Notes: generated by a model not told the origin, from the sequence alone. Positions 1 to 12,673 are shown, numbered from the stretch's first letter. The stretch: 64,000 nt of DNA from an uncultured Chloroflexia bacterium (GCA_963705215.1 CAVPJI010000002.1:49818-113817); one strand, 5' to 3'. Program-made: numbers and translations.

Positions 1-1305
1 GCGCGGGCCAACCTGATCGCCGGCTTCGGGCTCTCCGAGATCCAGGCCCAGGCCATCCTCGACATGCGGCTCGCCCGCCTGGCCGCGCTCGAGCGCAAGA
101 AGATCGAGGACGAGTACCTCGCGGTCATTCAGCTCATCGCGGAGCTGGAGGACATCCTCGCCAACCCCTCGCGCGTCCTGGCCATCATCAAGGACGAGCT
201 CACCGAGCTGAAGCGGAAGTACGCCGGCGAGCGCCGGACGCGCGTGGTCGACGACTCCAGCCGCGAGCTGACGGACGAGGACCTCATCGCGGACGAGGAC
301 GTCGTCGTCACGATCAGCCGGCGCGGCTACATCAAGCGCCAGCCGGTCGCCACCTACCGCCGCCAGGGCCGCGGGGGCAAGGGGATCATCGGCCACGTCA
401 CGCGCGAGGAGGACGCGGTCGACAGCCTCCTCGTGGCCAACACCCACGACTGGGGCCTCTTCTTCACGAACCGCGGCCGGGTCTTCTCGGCCAAGGTCCA
501 CTCGGTCGTCGACGCGAGCCGCCAGGCAAAGGGAATCCCGATCATCAACCTGCCCGGCGTCCAGGTGGAGGCGGGCGAGGTTCCCACGGCGACGCTCGTC
601 GTCCCGGACTTCAAGGCCGGCCGCTACCTGGTGATGGCAACCCGCCGCGGTGTGATCAAGAAGACGCCCCTCGAGCAGTTCGAGAAGGTCCGCTCGTCCG
701 GGATCCGGGCGATCACGCTCGCGGACGACGATGAGCTGGCCTGGGTTGGCGTGGCGGCCGGCCACGACGACGTGATCATCGCGACCGCGCTCGGCAAGCT
801 CGCCCGCTTCGCCGAGACCGAGGTCCGGGCCATGGGACGCGACGCGGCGGGGGTCATCGGGATCCGCCTCGCCCGGGCCGGCGACGAGGTCGTCTCGATG
901 AGCGTCGTCCAGCCGGAGCGCGACCTCCTCGTCCTCACCGAGACCGGCTACGGCAAGCGCGTGGCGCTCTCCGAGTTCCGGCGCAAGCACCGCGGCGGGC
1001 AGGGCGTGATGCTGATCCCGCTCGAGGGGCGCAAGACGGGCCGCGTGGCGGCCGTCCAGCAGGTCACCGAGGCCGACGAGGAGCTCCTCCTCATCAGCGC
1101 CGGCGGCCAGGTGGTCCGGACGCAGACCAACTCGATCAACCGGTACTCGTCCGGCGCCCGGGGAGTCATCACGATGCGCCTCAACGAGGGGGATCGGGTC
1201 GTGGGAATCGCCGCGTTCAGCGAAGGGCTGGCGGAGCGCGGGGGCATGGGCGACAATGACGATCCCGACACGGGACCCGGCTCCGGGGGCGGCACGCTCG
1301 CGTGA
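1..1305 (+). CDS. gyrA: DNA gyrase subunit A, C-terminal part (5' truncated by window)
   Basis: Frame open from base 1 (ARANLIAGFGLSEIQAQAILDMRL); GyrA-box-like YRRQGRGGKG; repeated beta-pinwheel blades (GYGKRV, GVIKKTP, SGARGV). Confidence 0.95.
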   Translation, partial: ARANLIAGFGLSEIQAQAILDMRLARLAALERKKIEDEYLAVIQLIAELEDILANPSRVLAIIKDELTELKRKYAGERRTRVVDDSSRELTDEDLIADEDVVVTISRRGYIKRQPVATYRRQGRGGKGIIGHVTREEDAVDSLLVANTHDWGLFFTNRGRVFSAKVHSVVDASRQAKGIPIINLPGVQVEAGEVPTATLVVPDFKAGRYLVMATRRGVIKKTPLEQFEKVRSSGIRAITLADDDELAWVGVAAGHDDVIIATALGKLARFAETEVRAMGRDAAGVIGIRLARAGDEVVSMSVVQPERDLLVLTETGYGKRVALSEFRRKHRGGQGVMLIPLEGRKTGRVAAVQQVTEADEELLLISAGGQVVRTQTNSINRYSSGARGVITMRLNEGDRVVGIAAFSEGLAERGGMGDNDDPDTGPGSGGGTLA

Positions 1306-2444
1306 GGGGGTTCGGCGCGGAGGAGGCGCCCGTGTACTCCGACTCGTTCGACGTCTACACCGGGAACGCCAACGCGGGCTTGGCCCGCAAGATCTGCCGC
1401 TACCTCGGGATGAAGCTCGGAGAGGCGGAGGTCTTCTCGTTCGCCAACGAGAACATCTTCGTCAAGATCCTGGACAACGTCCGGGAGAAGGACGTCTTCC
1501 TCGTCCAGCCGACCTGCCACCCCGTCAACCAGTCGATCATGGAGCTCCTGATCATGATCGACGCGTTCAAGCGAGCGAGCGCGGGGCGGATCACGGCCGT
1601 CATTCCGTTCTACAGCTACGGCCGCTCGGACAAGAAGGACCAGCCCCGGGTCCCGATCACCGCCCGCCTGGTCGCCGACATGATCACCGTGGCCGGGGCT
1701 GATCGGGTCCTCTCGATGGACCTCCACCAGGGCCAGATCCAGGGCTTCTTCAACATCCCCGTCGACGAGCTTACGGCCGTTCACCTCCTCTCGAACTACT
1801 TCCGCCAGAAGAGGCTCGAGAACCTCGTGGTCGTGACCGACCTCGGGTATGCGAAGCGGGCGCGGACGTTCGCCGAGCTGCTGGACGCGCCCCTTGCGAT
1901 CATCGAGAAGCGGCGCGTCGGCAACCTGGACCGGGCCGAGGTGCTGAACGTCATCGGCGAGGTCCGCAACCGGCGGGCGATCATCGTCGACGACGAGATC
2001 GACACGGGCGGCACGCTCTTCGAGGTGGTCCGCGCGCTCCAGGGCGAAGGGGTCGAGGAGATCTACGCCTGCGCGACGCACGGCGTGCTGTCCGACCCCG
2101 CGGTCGACCGGATCGCCGCGTCCGGCCTGCGCGAGGTCGTCCTGACGGATTCCATTCCCCTGCCGCCCGAGAAGCGCCTGCCGGTGATCACCACCCTCTC
2201 CGTCGCGCCGCTCATCGGCGAGGCGATCCGGCGCATCCATCGCGGCGAGTCGGTCGGAGCGCTCTTCTCCTCGGAGGTGACGCTCACCCAGGAGATGATC
2301 CTCTGGGAGGACGGGGTGGAGCACCTCATCGATGCCCGCACCGGTGCCCACCACGACGCCGGCCACAGCAGCCCGGTCGATCCGACAGCCCAGACCGCCC
2401 CCATCGCCGGTGTCACACCGGCCAGCATCGCGGGGGACCGATGA
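1302..2444 (+). CDS. prs: ribose-phosphate pyrophosphokinase
   Basis: FANENIFVKI, YGRSDKKDQPRVPITA, DLHQGQIQGFF, VDDEIDTGGT motifs; GTGA overlap with gyrA stop. Confidence 0.96.
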   Translation: MRGFGAEEAPVYSDSFDVYTGNANAGLARKICRYLGMKLGEAEVFSFANENIFVKILDNVREKDVFLVQPTCHPVNQSIMELLIMIDAFKRASAGRITAVIPFYSYGRSDKKDQPRVPITARLVADMITVAGADRVLSMDLHQGQIQGFFNIPVDELTAVHLLSNYFRQKRLENLVVVTDLGYAKRARTFAELLDAPLAIIEKRRVGNLDRAEVLNVIGEVRNRRAIIVDDEIDTGGTLFEVVRALQGEGVEEIYACATHGVLSDPAVDRIAASGLREVVLTDSIPLPPEKRLPVITTLSVAPLIGEAIRRIHRGESVGALFSSEVTLTQEMILWEDGVEHLIDARTGAHHDAGHSSPVDPTAQTAPIAGVTPASIAGDR

Positions 2445-2671
2445 CCCTCCAGCTTCACCGGCCCGACGGCCAGGGCGGCCTCGAGCCGCAGACGGAGACC
2501 CCGAAGGACTGGCGCGACCAGCTCGAATCGCCCCGCTGGAACCCGCCGGCCCTGAAGAACCCGGAGATGAACCCGACCCGGACCTCGGTCGCGGCCCTCT
2601 TCTGGATCGGCCTCGCGGTGCTCACGTTCGTCCTCCTCCTCGGGGGCTACGGCTCCGGCTTCTGGAAGTAG
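2441..2671 (+). CDS. small hypothetical membrane protein (single C-terminal TM helix)
   Basis: ATGA overlap with prs stop; hydrophobic ALFWIGLAVLTFVLLLGGYG segment. Confidence 0.7.
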   Translation: MTLQLHRPDGQGGLEPQTETPKDWRDQLESPRWNPPALKNPEMNPTRTSVAALFWIGLAVLTFVLLLGGYGSGFWK

Positions 2672-2722
2672 GCCGAGCGCCGCCGAGGCCCTCGAGGGGA
2701 CCGCCCGTATACTGGCCCGACT

Positions 2723-5686
<2,964 letters not shown>

Positions 5687-5749
5687 ACCGCGCGGTCGTG
5701 GGCCGCGGGTGCGGCCGCGCGCCCCGATCTACGGGACGAAAACTCCCTC

Positions 5750-5778
5750 TTGGCCACTCCGCGTTCGCCGCATATACT
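5750..5778 (+). promoter_or_regulatory. sigma70-like promoter for Cys-rich ORF/prfB
   Basis: TTGGCC (5750-5755), 17-nt spacer, TATACT (5773-5778). Confidence 0.6.
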
Positions 5779-5878
5779 CCGGCTGATGCTGCGCACGCGC
5801 ACGGCGAGCGCACCCGGTGACCCCACACGTCGGGCCACCACCTTGCCATACGCCCCAGCCGGTCGGAGCGGAGGAGTG

Positions 5879-6103
5879 GTGAAGCAGGTCGAGGAAGCCA
5901 GCTTCGTGGATCTGATCGCGTGCGAGCGCGATTGCCGTTCCTGCAGCTACGCCGCCGCGCTCGACTGCGACGGCAACTGCGGCGTCTGCGCGCACAACGC
6001 GTACTGCCCCTGCGTGAACCCCGTCGTCGCCCGGAGCAAGACGGCCCTGCGGCTGATCGAGCTCCGGCCGATCCTGCTCCAGGACGTTCGAGGCCGGATC
6101 TAG
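5879..6103 (+). CDS. small Cys-rich protein (8 Cys, two CX3CX2C motifs); alternative leaderless start at 5786
   Basis: MKQVEEASFVDLIACERDCRSCSYAAALDCDGNCGVCAHNAYCPC...; GGAGG upstream; stop TAG overlaps prfB GTG. Confidence 0.7.
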   Translation: MKQVEEASFVDLIACERDCRSCSYAAALDCDGNCGVCAHNAYCPCVNPVVARSKTALRLIELRPILLQDVRGRI

Positions 6104-7228
6104 TGGAACGATCCGAGCTGCGCGACCTCGTCGAGCGGATCCGCGCGACCTCGGGGCGGCTTTGACCTTCCCGCCCGGGAAGCCCGCCTGGCCGAGCTCG
6201 AGGCGCTGACCGGCGCGCCCGGATTCTGGGACGACCAGCGGGCAGCACAGAGGATCCTGCGCGAGGCCGACGGCCTGCGGACCGAAGTCGAGCTCTGGCG
6301 CGACCTCGAGGCCCGGGCTGCCAGCCTGGATGAGCTCTTCGACCTGGCCTCCGAGGCCGATGACGCCGAGATGCTCGCCGAGATCCTGCGCGACGGCGAG
6401 GCGCTGCTGGCCACGTACGAGCTCGAGCGCACCGCGCTCCTCTTCTCGGGGGAGTACGACGGCGGCGGGGCGATCATCTCGATCAGTGCGGGCGCCGGCG
6501 GTACGGAGGCCACCGACTGGGCGGAGATGCTCCTGCGGATGTACCTCCGCTGGGCGGAGCGGCACCGCTTCAGGACCGAGATCGTGGACCAGACCGAGGG
6601 CGAGCAGACGGGCCTCAAGAGCGTGACGGTCGAGATCGGCGGGCGGCGAGTGTACGGCTGGCTGCGCGCCGAACGCGGGGTCCACCGCCTGGTCCGGATC
6701 AGCCCGTACGATGCCCAGAAGCGCCGGCAGACGACGTTCGCGCTCGTCGAGGTCCTGCCCGAGGTCGACGACGACGTCGTCGAGATCGAGCTCGACTGGG
6801 ATGAGATCCGGGTCGACACCTATCGCAGCCAGGGCGCGGGCGGCCAGCACGTCAACAAGACCGACTCAGCGGTGCGGCTGACCCACTTCCCGTCGGGGAT
6901 CGTCGTGCAGAGCCAGAACGAGCGCTCGCAGACCCAGAACAGGGAGACCGCGACCCGCGTCCTGAAGGCCCGCCTCCTCGAGCGGGCACTGGAGGAGAAG
7001 GAGGCGGAGCTCCGCCGCCTCAAGGGGGAGCACGTCGAGGCGGGCTGGGGCAACCAGATCCGGAGCTACGTCCTGCACCCCTACCAGATGGTGAAGGACC
7101 ACCGCACCGCGTACGAGACCTCCAACACGGCCGCGGTGCTCGACGGCGCGCTGGACGGCTTCATGCAGGCCGAGATGGAGCGGGAGGCCACCGGGGCGCC
7201 GCTGGCGGGCGCCGGCGAGGTGGCGTGA
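6103..7228 (+). CDS. prfB: peptide chain release factor 2, translated via +1 programmed frameshift
   Basis: 20-codon ORF from GTG 6103 ends CTT TGA C (6160-6166); +1 frame continues DLPAREARL...FWDD; [12 protein letters not shown] (ISPYDAQ), [23 protein letters not shown] motifs. Confidence 0.95.
6151..6166 (+). promoter_or_regulatory. prfB +1 frameshift site
   Basis: TCGGGG-CGG-CTT-TGA-C: slippery CTT-TGA-C preceded by G-rich internal SD-like element. Confidence 0.9.
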
Positions 7229-8184
7229 CGGAGCGCCGGGACGGCCTCGTCCTGCGCGCGGCCCGGGAGGACGAGCTGCCGGCCTGCGCCGACGTATGGC
7301 GCGCCGGCCTCGACGGCTACGGGGTGGGGGTGGGCCGGCCCGCGATGATCTCGGCCCCGGGGCCCCTGGTGGCGCTGCTCGCCCATCTGCGCCGGACCGA
7401 TCCCGAGCGCTTCCTCGTGGCCGTGAGGCCGGGGGCCGACGGCGCCGAGCGCGTCGTGGCGTTCGCGTCGGCGAGCCGTCGCGGCCACGTCTGGTTTCTG
7501 GGCATGCTCTTCGTCCACCCCGACGAGCAGGCCCGCGGGCTCGGCCGGGCGCTCCTCGAGGCCGTTCTTCCGGCCGAAGGCGACCCCGCGACCCTGGCGA
7601 CCTGCACCGACGCCGCACAGCCGATCTCCAACGCCCTCTATGCCCGCCGCGGCATCGTGCCCCGCGTTCCCGTGCTGGAGCTCGTCGGGCGGCCCGACCG
7701 GGCGGCCCCGCCGGCGCTGCCCGGGGACGTCCGTGCGGTTTCCTTCGAGCTCCTCGCGGCCGGCCCGACCGATGGGCCCGGGCCGCGGCGGCTGGCCGCG
7801 GCGATCGAGACGCTGGACCGCGCGACGCTCGGCTACGCCCATCCGGAGGACCACGCGTACCTGCGCGAGACCGGGCGCCTGGGCCACCTGTACGAAGCCG
7901 GGGACGGGCGAGTCGTGGGCTACGGGTACGCCTCGCAGGTCGGGCGGATCGGGCCGCTGAACGTCGAGGACGCGGCGCTCCTGCCCGGCGTCCTGGGGCA
8001 TCTCCTTCGGTCCGTCGAGCCCCGGGGTGCCTTCTCCGCCTGGGTGCCGGGCGCGGCCGGTGGGGCCGTGACCGCGCTGCTCGAGGCCGGCCTCCGGATC
8101 GAGGACTTCCCCGCCCTCATCTGCTGGGATCGCCCGTTCGCGGACTTCTCCCGCTACGTCCCGATCACCCTCGCGGTGCTGTGA
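7225..8184 (+). CDS. GNAT family N-acetyltransferase (tandem GNAT-fold)
   Basis: [17 protein letters not shown] acetyl-CoA motif; IGPLNV second-domain pattern; GTGA overlap with prfB. Confidence 0.85.
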   Translation: MTERRDGLVLRAAREDELPACADVWRAGLDGYGVGVGRPAMISAPGPLVALLAHLRRTDPERFLVAVRPGADGAERVVAFASASRRGHVWFLGMLFVHPDEQARGLGRALLEAVLPAEGDPATLATCTDAAQPISNALYARRGIVPRVPVLELVGRPDRAAPPALPGDVRAVSFELLAAGPTDGPGPRRLAAAIETLDRATLGYAHPEDHAYLRETGRLGHLYEAGDGRVVGYGYASQVGRIGPLNVEDAALLPGVLGHLLRSVEPRGAFSAWVPGAAGGAVTALLEAGLRIEDFPALICWDRPFADFSRYVPITLAVL

Positions 8185-8233
8185 GGCGGGCAACGGGACG
8201 GATCCCGGCCGCGGTGGTAGCCTCGGGCCGATC

Positions 8234-9004
8234 GTGACGAGCGCCGCCCTCCCCCCGCCGGCATCCGAGCCCGCCTGGAGTCCCGAGCCGGCTCCCGGTC
8301 CCGGGCCCGCCTCACGTCCCGTCCTGGCCCTGCGCGGCGTTGGCAAGACGTATTCCAACGGCAAGGTCGCCCTGCGCGACGTGGACCTCACCCTCGGCGA
8401 AGGGGAGTTCGTCTTCCTTGTCGGGCCGTCGGGCGCGGGCAAGTCGACCCTTCTCAAGCTCCTGATCCGCGACGAGCTGCCGACCGCCGGCGAGGTGATG
8501 GTCGATGGCCGCGATCTCGCCCGTGTCGCGCGGCGCAAGGTGCCGGACCTGCGGCGCCGGATCGGGATCGTCTTCCAGGACTTCAAGCTGCTGCCCACCC
8601 GGTCCGTGCGCGAGAACGTCGCGTTCGCCCTCGAGGTGACGGGGACGCCGCGGCGGCGGATCCGCCCGGCCGTCGAGCAGGCGCTCGCGGTCGTCGGCCT
8701 GAGCGCCCAGGCCGACCAGCTCCCGACCACCCTCTCCGGCGGCGAGCAGCAGCGGACGGCGATCGCTCGAGCCCTCGTCCACGAGCCGCGCCTGATCATC
8801 GCCGACGAGCCGACGGGCAATCTCGACCCGCTCATCTCGTGGGAGATCATCCAGCTCCTCCTCCGGATCAACGAGCTGGGTGTCACGGTCCTCATGGCCA
8901 CCCACAACGCAGAGGTCGTCACCTCGCTCCGGCGACGGGTCGTCGCGTTGGAGGAGGGGCGCATCGTGCGCGACGGGGTCGGTGGCTACCATCGCGAGGA
9001 TTGA
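8234..9004 (+). CDS. ftsE: cell division ATP-binding protein FtsE
   Basis: GPSGAGKSTLLKL, IGIVFQDFKLL, LSGGEQQRTAIARA, IADEPTGNLDP; upstream of ftsX. Confidence 0.93.
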   Translation: MTSAALPPPASEPAWSPEPAPGPGPASRPVLALRGVGKTYSNGKVALRDVDLTLGEGEFVFLVGPSGAGKSTLLKLLIRDELPTAGEVMVDGRDLARVARRKVPDLRRRIGIVFQDFKLLPTRSVRENVAFALEVTGTPRRRIRPAVEQALAVVGLSAQADQLPTTLSGGEQQRTAIARALVHEPRLIIADEPTGNLDPLISWEIIQLLLRINELGVTVLMATHNAEVVTSLRRRVVALEEGRIVRDGVGGYHRED

Positions 9005-9013
9005 GGGGGTGAC

Positions 9014-9934
9014 ATGAGCGCCCTCATGGGCTTCCCCCGCTTCCTTGCCTTCAGCATCGGGCGCGCCCTCCAGGGGATTCGCCGCAACGCCCTGATGAGC
9101 CTCGCGGCGATCGCGACGATGGCCCTGATGCTCCTCCTGCTGGCCGGTTTCTGGCTGCTGCAGGCGGGGCTCACCGCGGGCGTGGCCTACGTCGAGGAGA
9201 AGGTGGAGATCGTGGCCGACCTCCGCGACGTGCCCGGCTCCGAGGCCGTCCTGGTGGTCCAGGCCCAGGCGCTCGCCGTCGAGGTCGCGACCATGCCCGA
9301 GGTCAGCGCCGTCCGGTACGTCTCGAAGGACGAGGCACTCGCCCGGTTCCAGGCCCGGCTGCGGGAGCGCGGGCAGGTCGACCTGACCGGATACCTGGAC
9401 CGCAACCCGCTCCCGGCGAGCCTCGAGGTGAGCCTCGTCGATCCCCGCGACTACCAGGCGGTGGTCGACCTCCTGTCGTCGCACGACGAGGTCGTCGAGG
9501 AGGTCGTGGAGGTCCAGCAGCTCGTCGACCGCCTCACCTCCGTCACGGACGTGCTGCGCACCGGCGGATTCGTGGTGCTCGTCGTCGTCGGATTCGTCGT
9601 CCTGTTCATCATCGTCAACACGATCCGGCTGGCCGTCGTCGCCCGGCGCGAGGAGATCGAGATCATGCGGCTCGTGGGCGCGTCGGACGCGTTCATCCGC
9701 TGGCCGTTCATCTTCGAGGGCGCCTTCGTCGGGCTGCTGGGGGCCGGGGTGACCATCCTGATCCTCGCGCTGGCCGCCGGACCGGTCGGCGAGATGATGT
9801 TCGGCTTCTTCCGCGTCCTGCCGCTCGAGCTCGGGACCCTGGCCCGCGACATCGTCCTCCTCGTCGTGGGAACGGGCCTCGGCGTGGGCGTCGTAGGCTC
9901 CTGGCTCTCGGTCCGGAGCTACCTCGCGCGCTGA
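9014..9934 (+). CDS. ftsX: cell division permease FtsX
   Basis: YVSKDEALARF, NPLPASLEV, IVNTIRLAVVARREEIEIMRLVGASDAFIRWPFIFEG. Confidence 0.93.
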   Translation: MSALMGFPRFLAFSIGRALQGIRRNALMSLAAIATMALMLLLLAGFWLLQAGLTAGVAYVEEKVEIVADLRDVPGSEAVLVVQAQALAVEVATMPEVSAVRYVSKDEALARFQARLRERGQVDLTGYLDRNPLPASLEVSLVDPRDYQAVVDLLSSHDEVVEEVVEVQQLVDRLTSVTDVLRTGGFVVLVVVGFVVLFIIVNTIRLAVVARREEIEIMRLVGASDAFIRWPFIFEGAFVGLLGAGVTILILALAAGPVGEMMFGFFRVLPLELGTLARDIVLLVVGTGLGVGVVGSWLSVRSYLAR

Positions 9935-10010
9935 GCCCGTGCGCTTGGCGGTCGATTCCGGCCTCCCGATGTACGCTTCCTCACGCCAGCGGCGCCCCGC
10001 AGACCCCCGG

Positions 10011-11372
10011 ATGGACCCACCGATGACCGACCCTGTCCCCCCCTCGCTCGAGCCCACGCTCGCCGCGCCGGAGCCCTCGATCGCCGCGCCGGAGCCGGCC
10101 CGCCGCCGGCGCCTCGGCTCCCTCCAGCTGGCGCTCACCGCCGTCGCGATCCTTGCCGGCGCGGCCCTCTTCCTGTCCGGCTTCTCGCTCGGCGCCCGAA
10201 CCGCGACGACACCGGGAACGCCCGCCGAGGACGCCGCGCGGTTCGCCCCGTTCTGGGACGTCTACGAGTCGATCACGAAGAGCTACGTCGGCGACGTCGA
10301 CCGCGAGAAGCTCATCCAGGGCGCCATCGACGGGATGGTCGGGGCCCTCGACGACCCGTATTCCGCGTACATGAGCCCCGACGAGCTCCGCAGGGCCCGC
10401 GAGTCGATCGGCGGCGAGTTCTCGGGTGTCGGGGCCGAGGTCACCACGCGCCCCACGGATTCGGCGGCCGACGCGTGCGCAACGATCGGCCCGTCCTGCC
10501 GGCTCGTCGTCGTCGCCCCGATCGACGGCTCGCCCGCGGAGCGGGCGGGGATCCGGGCGGGCGACGTCATCACGGCGGTCGACGGGCGCACCGTAGACGG
10601 CGAGACGCTCGACGAAGCCATCGCGCGCATCCGCGGCCCACGTGGCTCGACGGTCACGCTCACCCTGGTGCGCGACGGCAGGGCGCCGTTCGATGTGCCG
10701 ATCGTCCGCGACACGATCGTCTCCCGGCAGGTCGAGACGCGCGACCTCGCCGGCGGTACGGCCACGTACATCCGGGTCTCCGGGTTCTCGGACAACGCGG
10801 CGCGCCAGTTCGCGGCGGCGGTCCGGGCCGCCCGCGGGCAGGGTGTCACGAAGCTGGTCGTGGACCTGCGCGACAACCCCGGCGGCTACGTGACCGCCGC
10901 GCGTGCCATCGCCAGCCAGTTCATCGCGGAAGGCCCCATCTTCTGGGAGGAGGCGGCCGACGGCACCCAGGTGGCCACGAACGCTGAGCCCGGCGGCGCG
11001 GCGACGGGTGCCGACGTCCGGGTCGCCGTCCTCGTGAACGGCGGCAGCGCGTCGGCGAGCGAGATCGTCGCCGGCGCCCTGCAGGACACGGGGCGCGCCA
11101 CGCTGGTCGGCGAGACGACGTTCGGCAAGGGCACGATCCAGCAATGGGTGGACCTGACGGCGGAGTCGGGTGGATTCCGCCTCACGATCGCGAAATGGCT
11201 CACCCCCGACAAGCGCTGGATCCACAAGCAGGGGCTCGAGCCGGATGTCGTGGTTCCCGCGGACGGCGCGGGGGCCGGCGAACCCGGGCCGACAGGCGAC
11301 CCGTACATCGATGCCGCCCTCGACGCCCTCGGTGTGACGGCTTGGCTCCCGGGCCTCTCGCGCGCCGCCTGA
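10011..11372 (+). CDS. S41 family carboxy-terminal processing protease with PDZ domain (start 10011 or 10023)
   Basis: LDDPYSAYM, PIDGSPAERAGI, DLRDNPGG, NGGSASASEIVAGALQD, GETTFGKG. Confidence 0.92.
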   Translation: MDPPMTDPVPPSLEPTLAAPEPSIAAPEPARRRRLGSLQLALTAVAILAGAALFLSGFSLGARTATTPGTPAEDAARFAPFWDVYESITKSYVGDVDREKLIQGAIDGMVGALDDPYSAYMSPDELRRARESIGGEFSGVGAEVTTRPTDSAADACATIGPSCRLVVVAPIDGSPAERAGIRAGDVITAVDGRTVDGETLDEAIARIRGPRGSTVTLTLVRDGRAPFDVPIVRDTIVSRQVETRDLAGGTATYIRVSGFSDNAARQFAAAVRAARGQGVTKLVVDLRDNPGGYVTAARAIASQFIAEGPIFWEEAADGTQVATNAEPGGAATGADVRVAVLVNGGSASASEIVAGALQDTGRATLVGETTFGKGTIQQWVDLTAESGGFRLTIAKWLTPDKRWIHKQGLEPDVVVPADGAGAGEPGPTGDPYIDAALDALGVTAWLPGLSRAA

Positions 11373-11442
11373 CCACCGCTCCGGCGCCGGCCGGCCGCGC
11401 CCGCGTGGCGCGCGCCCACTTCACCTGGGCGCGTCCGGGGTC

Positions 11443-11471
11443 TTGCCAGATCGAACGACGTCTTGTACGGT
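11443..11471 (+). promoter_or_regulatory. sigma70-like promoter of small intergenic transcription unit
   Basis: TTGCCA (11443-11448), 17 nt, TACGGT (11466-11471). Confidence 0.55.
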
Positions 11472-11499
11472 TCGCCCGACCGAAAGGAGGTGATGTGCA

Positions 11500-11553
11500 G
11501 TGACAGACAGTAGTCCGCGTCGTTGCACCACCTCGCCGGAGGCGGCCGCCTGA
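11500..11553 (+). CDS. candidate 17-aa small ORF MTDSSPRRCTTSPEAAA within a structured RNA
   Basis: Extended SD AAAGGAGGTGAT (11483-11494) then GTG; SD pairs with 11524-11534. Confidence 0.4.
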   Translation: MTDSSPRRCTTSPEAAA

Positions 11554-11589
11554 CGGACGCCCCAGCGGGTGGGCAACCCGAAACGCGTT

Positions 11590-11620
11590 CGAACGCCGGT
11601 CCCGATGGGGCCGGCGTTCG
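11590..11620 (+). terminator. strong GC hairpin (terminator-like, no U-tract)
   Basis: CGAACGCCGGTCCC-GAT-GGGGCCGGCGTTCG, 14-bp stem including one G-U pair. Confidence 0.6.
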
Positions 11621-11731
11621 TGCGTCCGGAGCGCACCTGCGCGATGATCTCGAGAGCAGTCGTGGCCGTTCGCGCCGCCACCGCCCGCGCCGCGGCCGCG
11701 CCCGCCCCACCACGAAGGAGCAGTCGACCCC

Positions 11732-12196
11732 ATGGGCGAGAAGACCATCGCCCTCAACCGCAAGGCGCGCCACGAGTTCCACGTCGAGGAGACGTTCGAG
11801 GCGGGCATCGTCCTGACCGGGACCGAGATCAAATCGATCCGCGCCGGCCACGTCAGCCTCCAGGAGGCCTTTGCCCGGATCGATCGCGGCGAGGCCTGGC
11901 TCGTCGGCGCCCACATCGCCCCGTATGCGACGGGCAACCGCTACAACCACGAGGCGAAGCGGACCAGAAAGCTGCTCCTCCACAAGGACGAGATCCACGA
12001 GCTGCTCGGGACGACGAAGTCGAAGGGCCTGACGCTCGTGCCCCTGCGCCTGTACATCGACAGCCGCAGCCACGCCAAGCTCGAGATCGGGCTCGCGCGC
12101 GGCAAGCAGCTCCACGACCGGCGCCGCGACATCGCCGAGCGCGACGCGAAGCGCGACATCGCCCGCGAGATGGCCGACTCCCGCCGGGGGCGCTAG
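11732..12196 (+). CDS. smpB: SsrA-binding protein SmpB
   Basis: NRKARHEFHVEETFEAGIVLTGTEIKSIR, RTRKLLLHK, GKQLHDRR; SD AAGGAG. Confidence 0.97.
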   Translation: MGEKTIALNRKARHEFHVEETFEAGIVLTGTEIKSIRAGHVSLQEAFARIDRGEAWLVGAHIAPYATGNRYNHEAKRTRKLLLHKDEIHELLGTTKSKGLTLVPLRLYIDSRSHAKLEIGLARGKQLHDRRRDIAERDAKRDIAREMADSRRGR

Positions 12197-12456
12197 AGCC
12201 CGCCCGGGCGCCGAGAGCCGGCCAGCGGACGGGACCGCCGATCCAGGGATCCCCGACGGCGCGCCAGCACGACTCGGTGGTCACCGGGGTGGCGGCCCGG
12301 GGTCAAGACGCCCGCGCGAGCACACCAGCGCAGGCCCGCAGGCGCCAACCGCTTGCACGTGCTCCACGAGCACGCGTCGTCACCGCGCGGCCGGCAGCGC
12401 CCTCGCCCTCACCGCGCGGATGGGCGGCCTGCGGGGATCGCGGCGCCGGGCCGTGC

Positions 12457-12673
12457 TCAGCGAGGCAGCGAGAGGATGAGCAGGACCAGGACACACCCCG
12501 ACAAGGATCGCCAGGAGCGGGAGCCACGACCGGAGGCTGCGCGCGTCGGCGGCCGATCCCCCACCCGTCGCGTGGCGGCTCTCCACGTCCCGAACCTTCT
12601 GCTCGGCCTCGGCCTGGGACTGCATGGCCCAGGGGTCCAGGCCGGTGCGACCGCTCGTGTCGTCCCAGGGCAT
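12457..12673 (-). pseudogene. small single-TM membrane protein gene with apparent 1-nt frameshift
   Basis: SD AAGGAG 7 nt before ATG 12673; WLPLLAILVGV in one frame continues as VLVLLILSLPR* in another; span 217 nt = 3n+1. Confidence 0.55.

Noticed and set aside
11483-11494. AAGGAGGTGAT as a remnant of the reverse-strand 16S rRNA 3' end
   Set aside because: Match stops at 11-12 nt (no CCAGCCGCA continuation); better explained as an SD sequence
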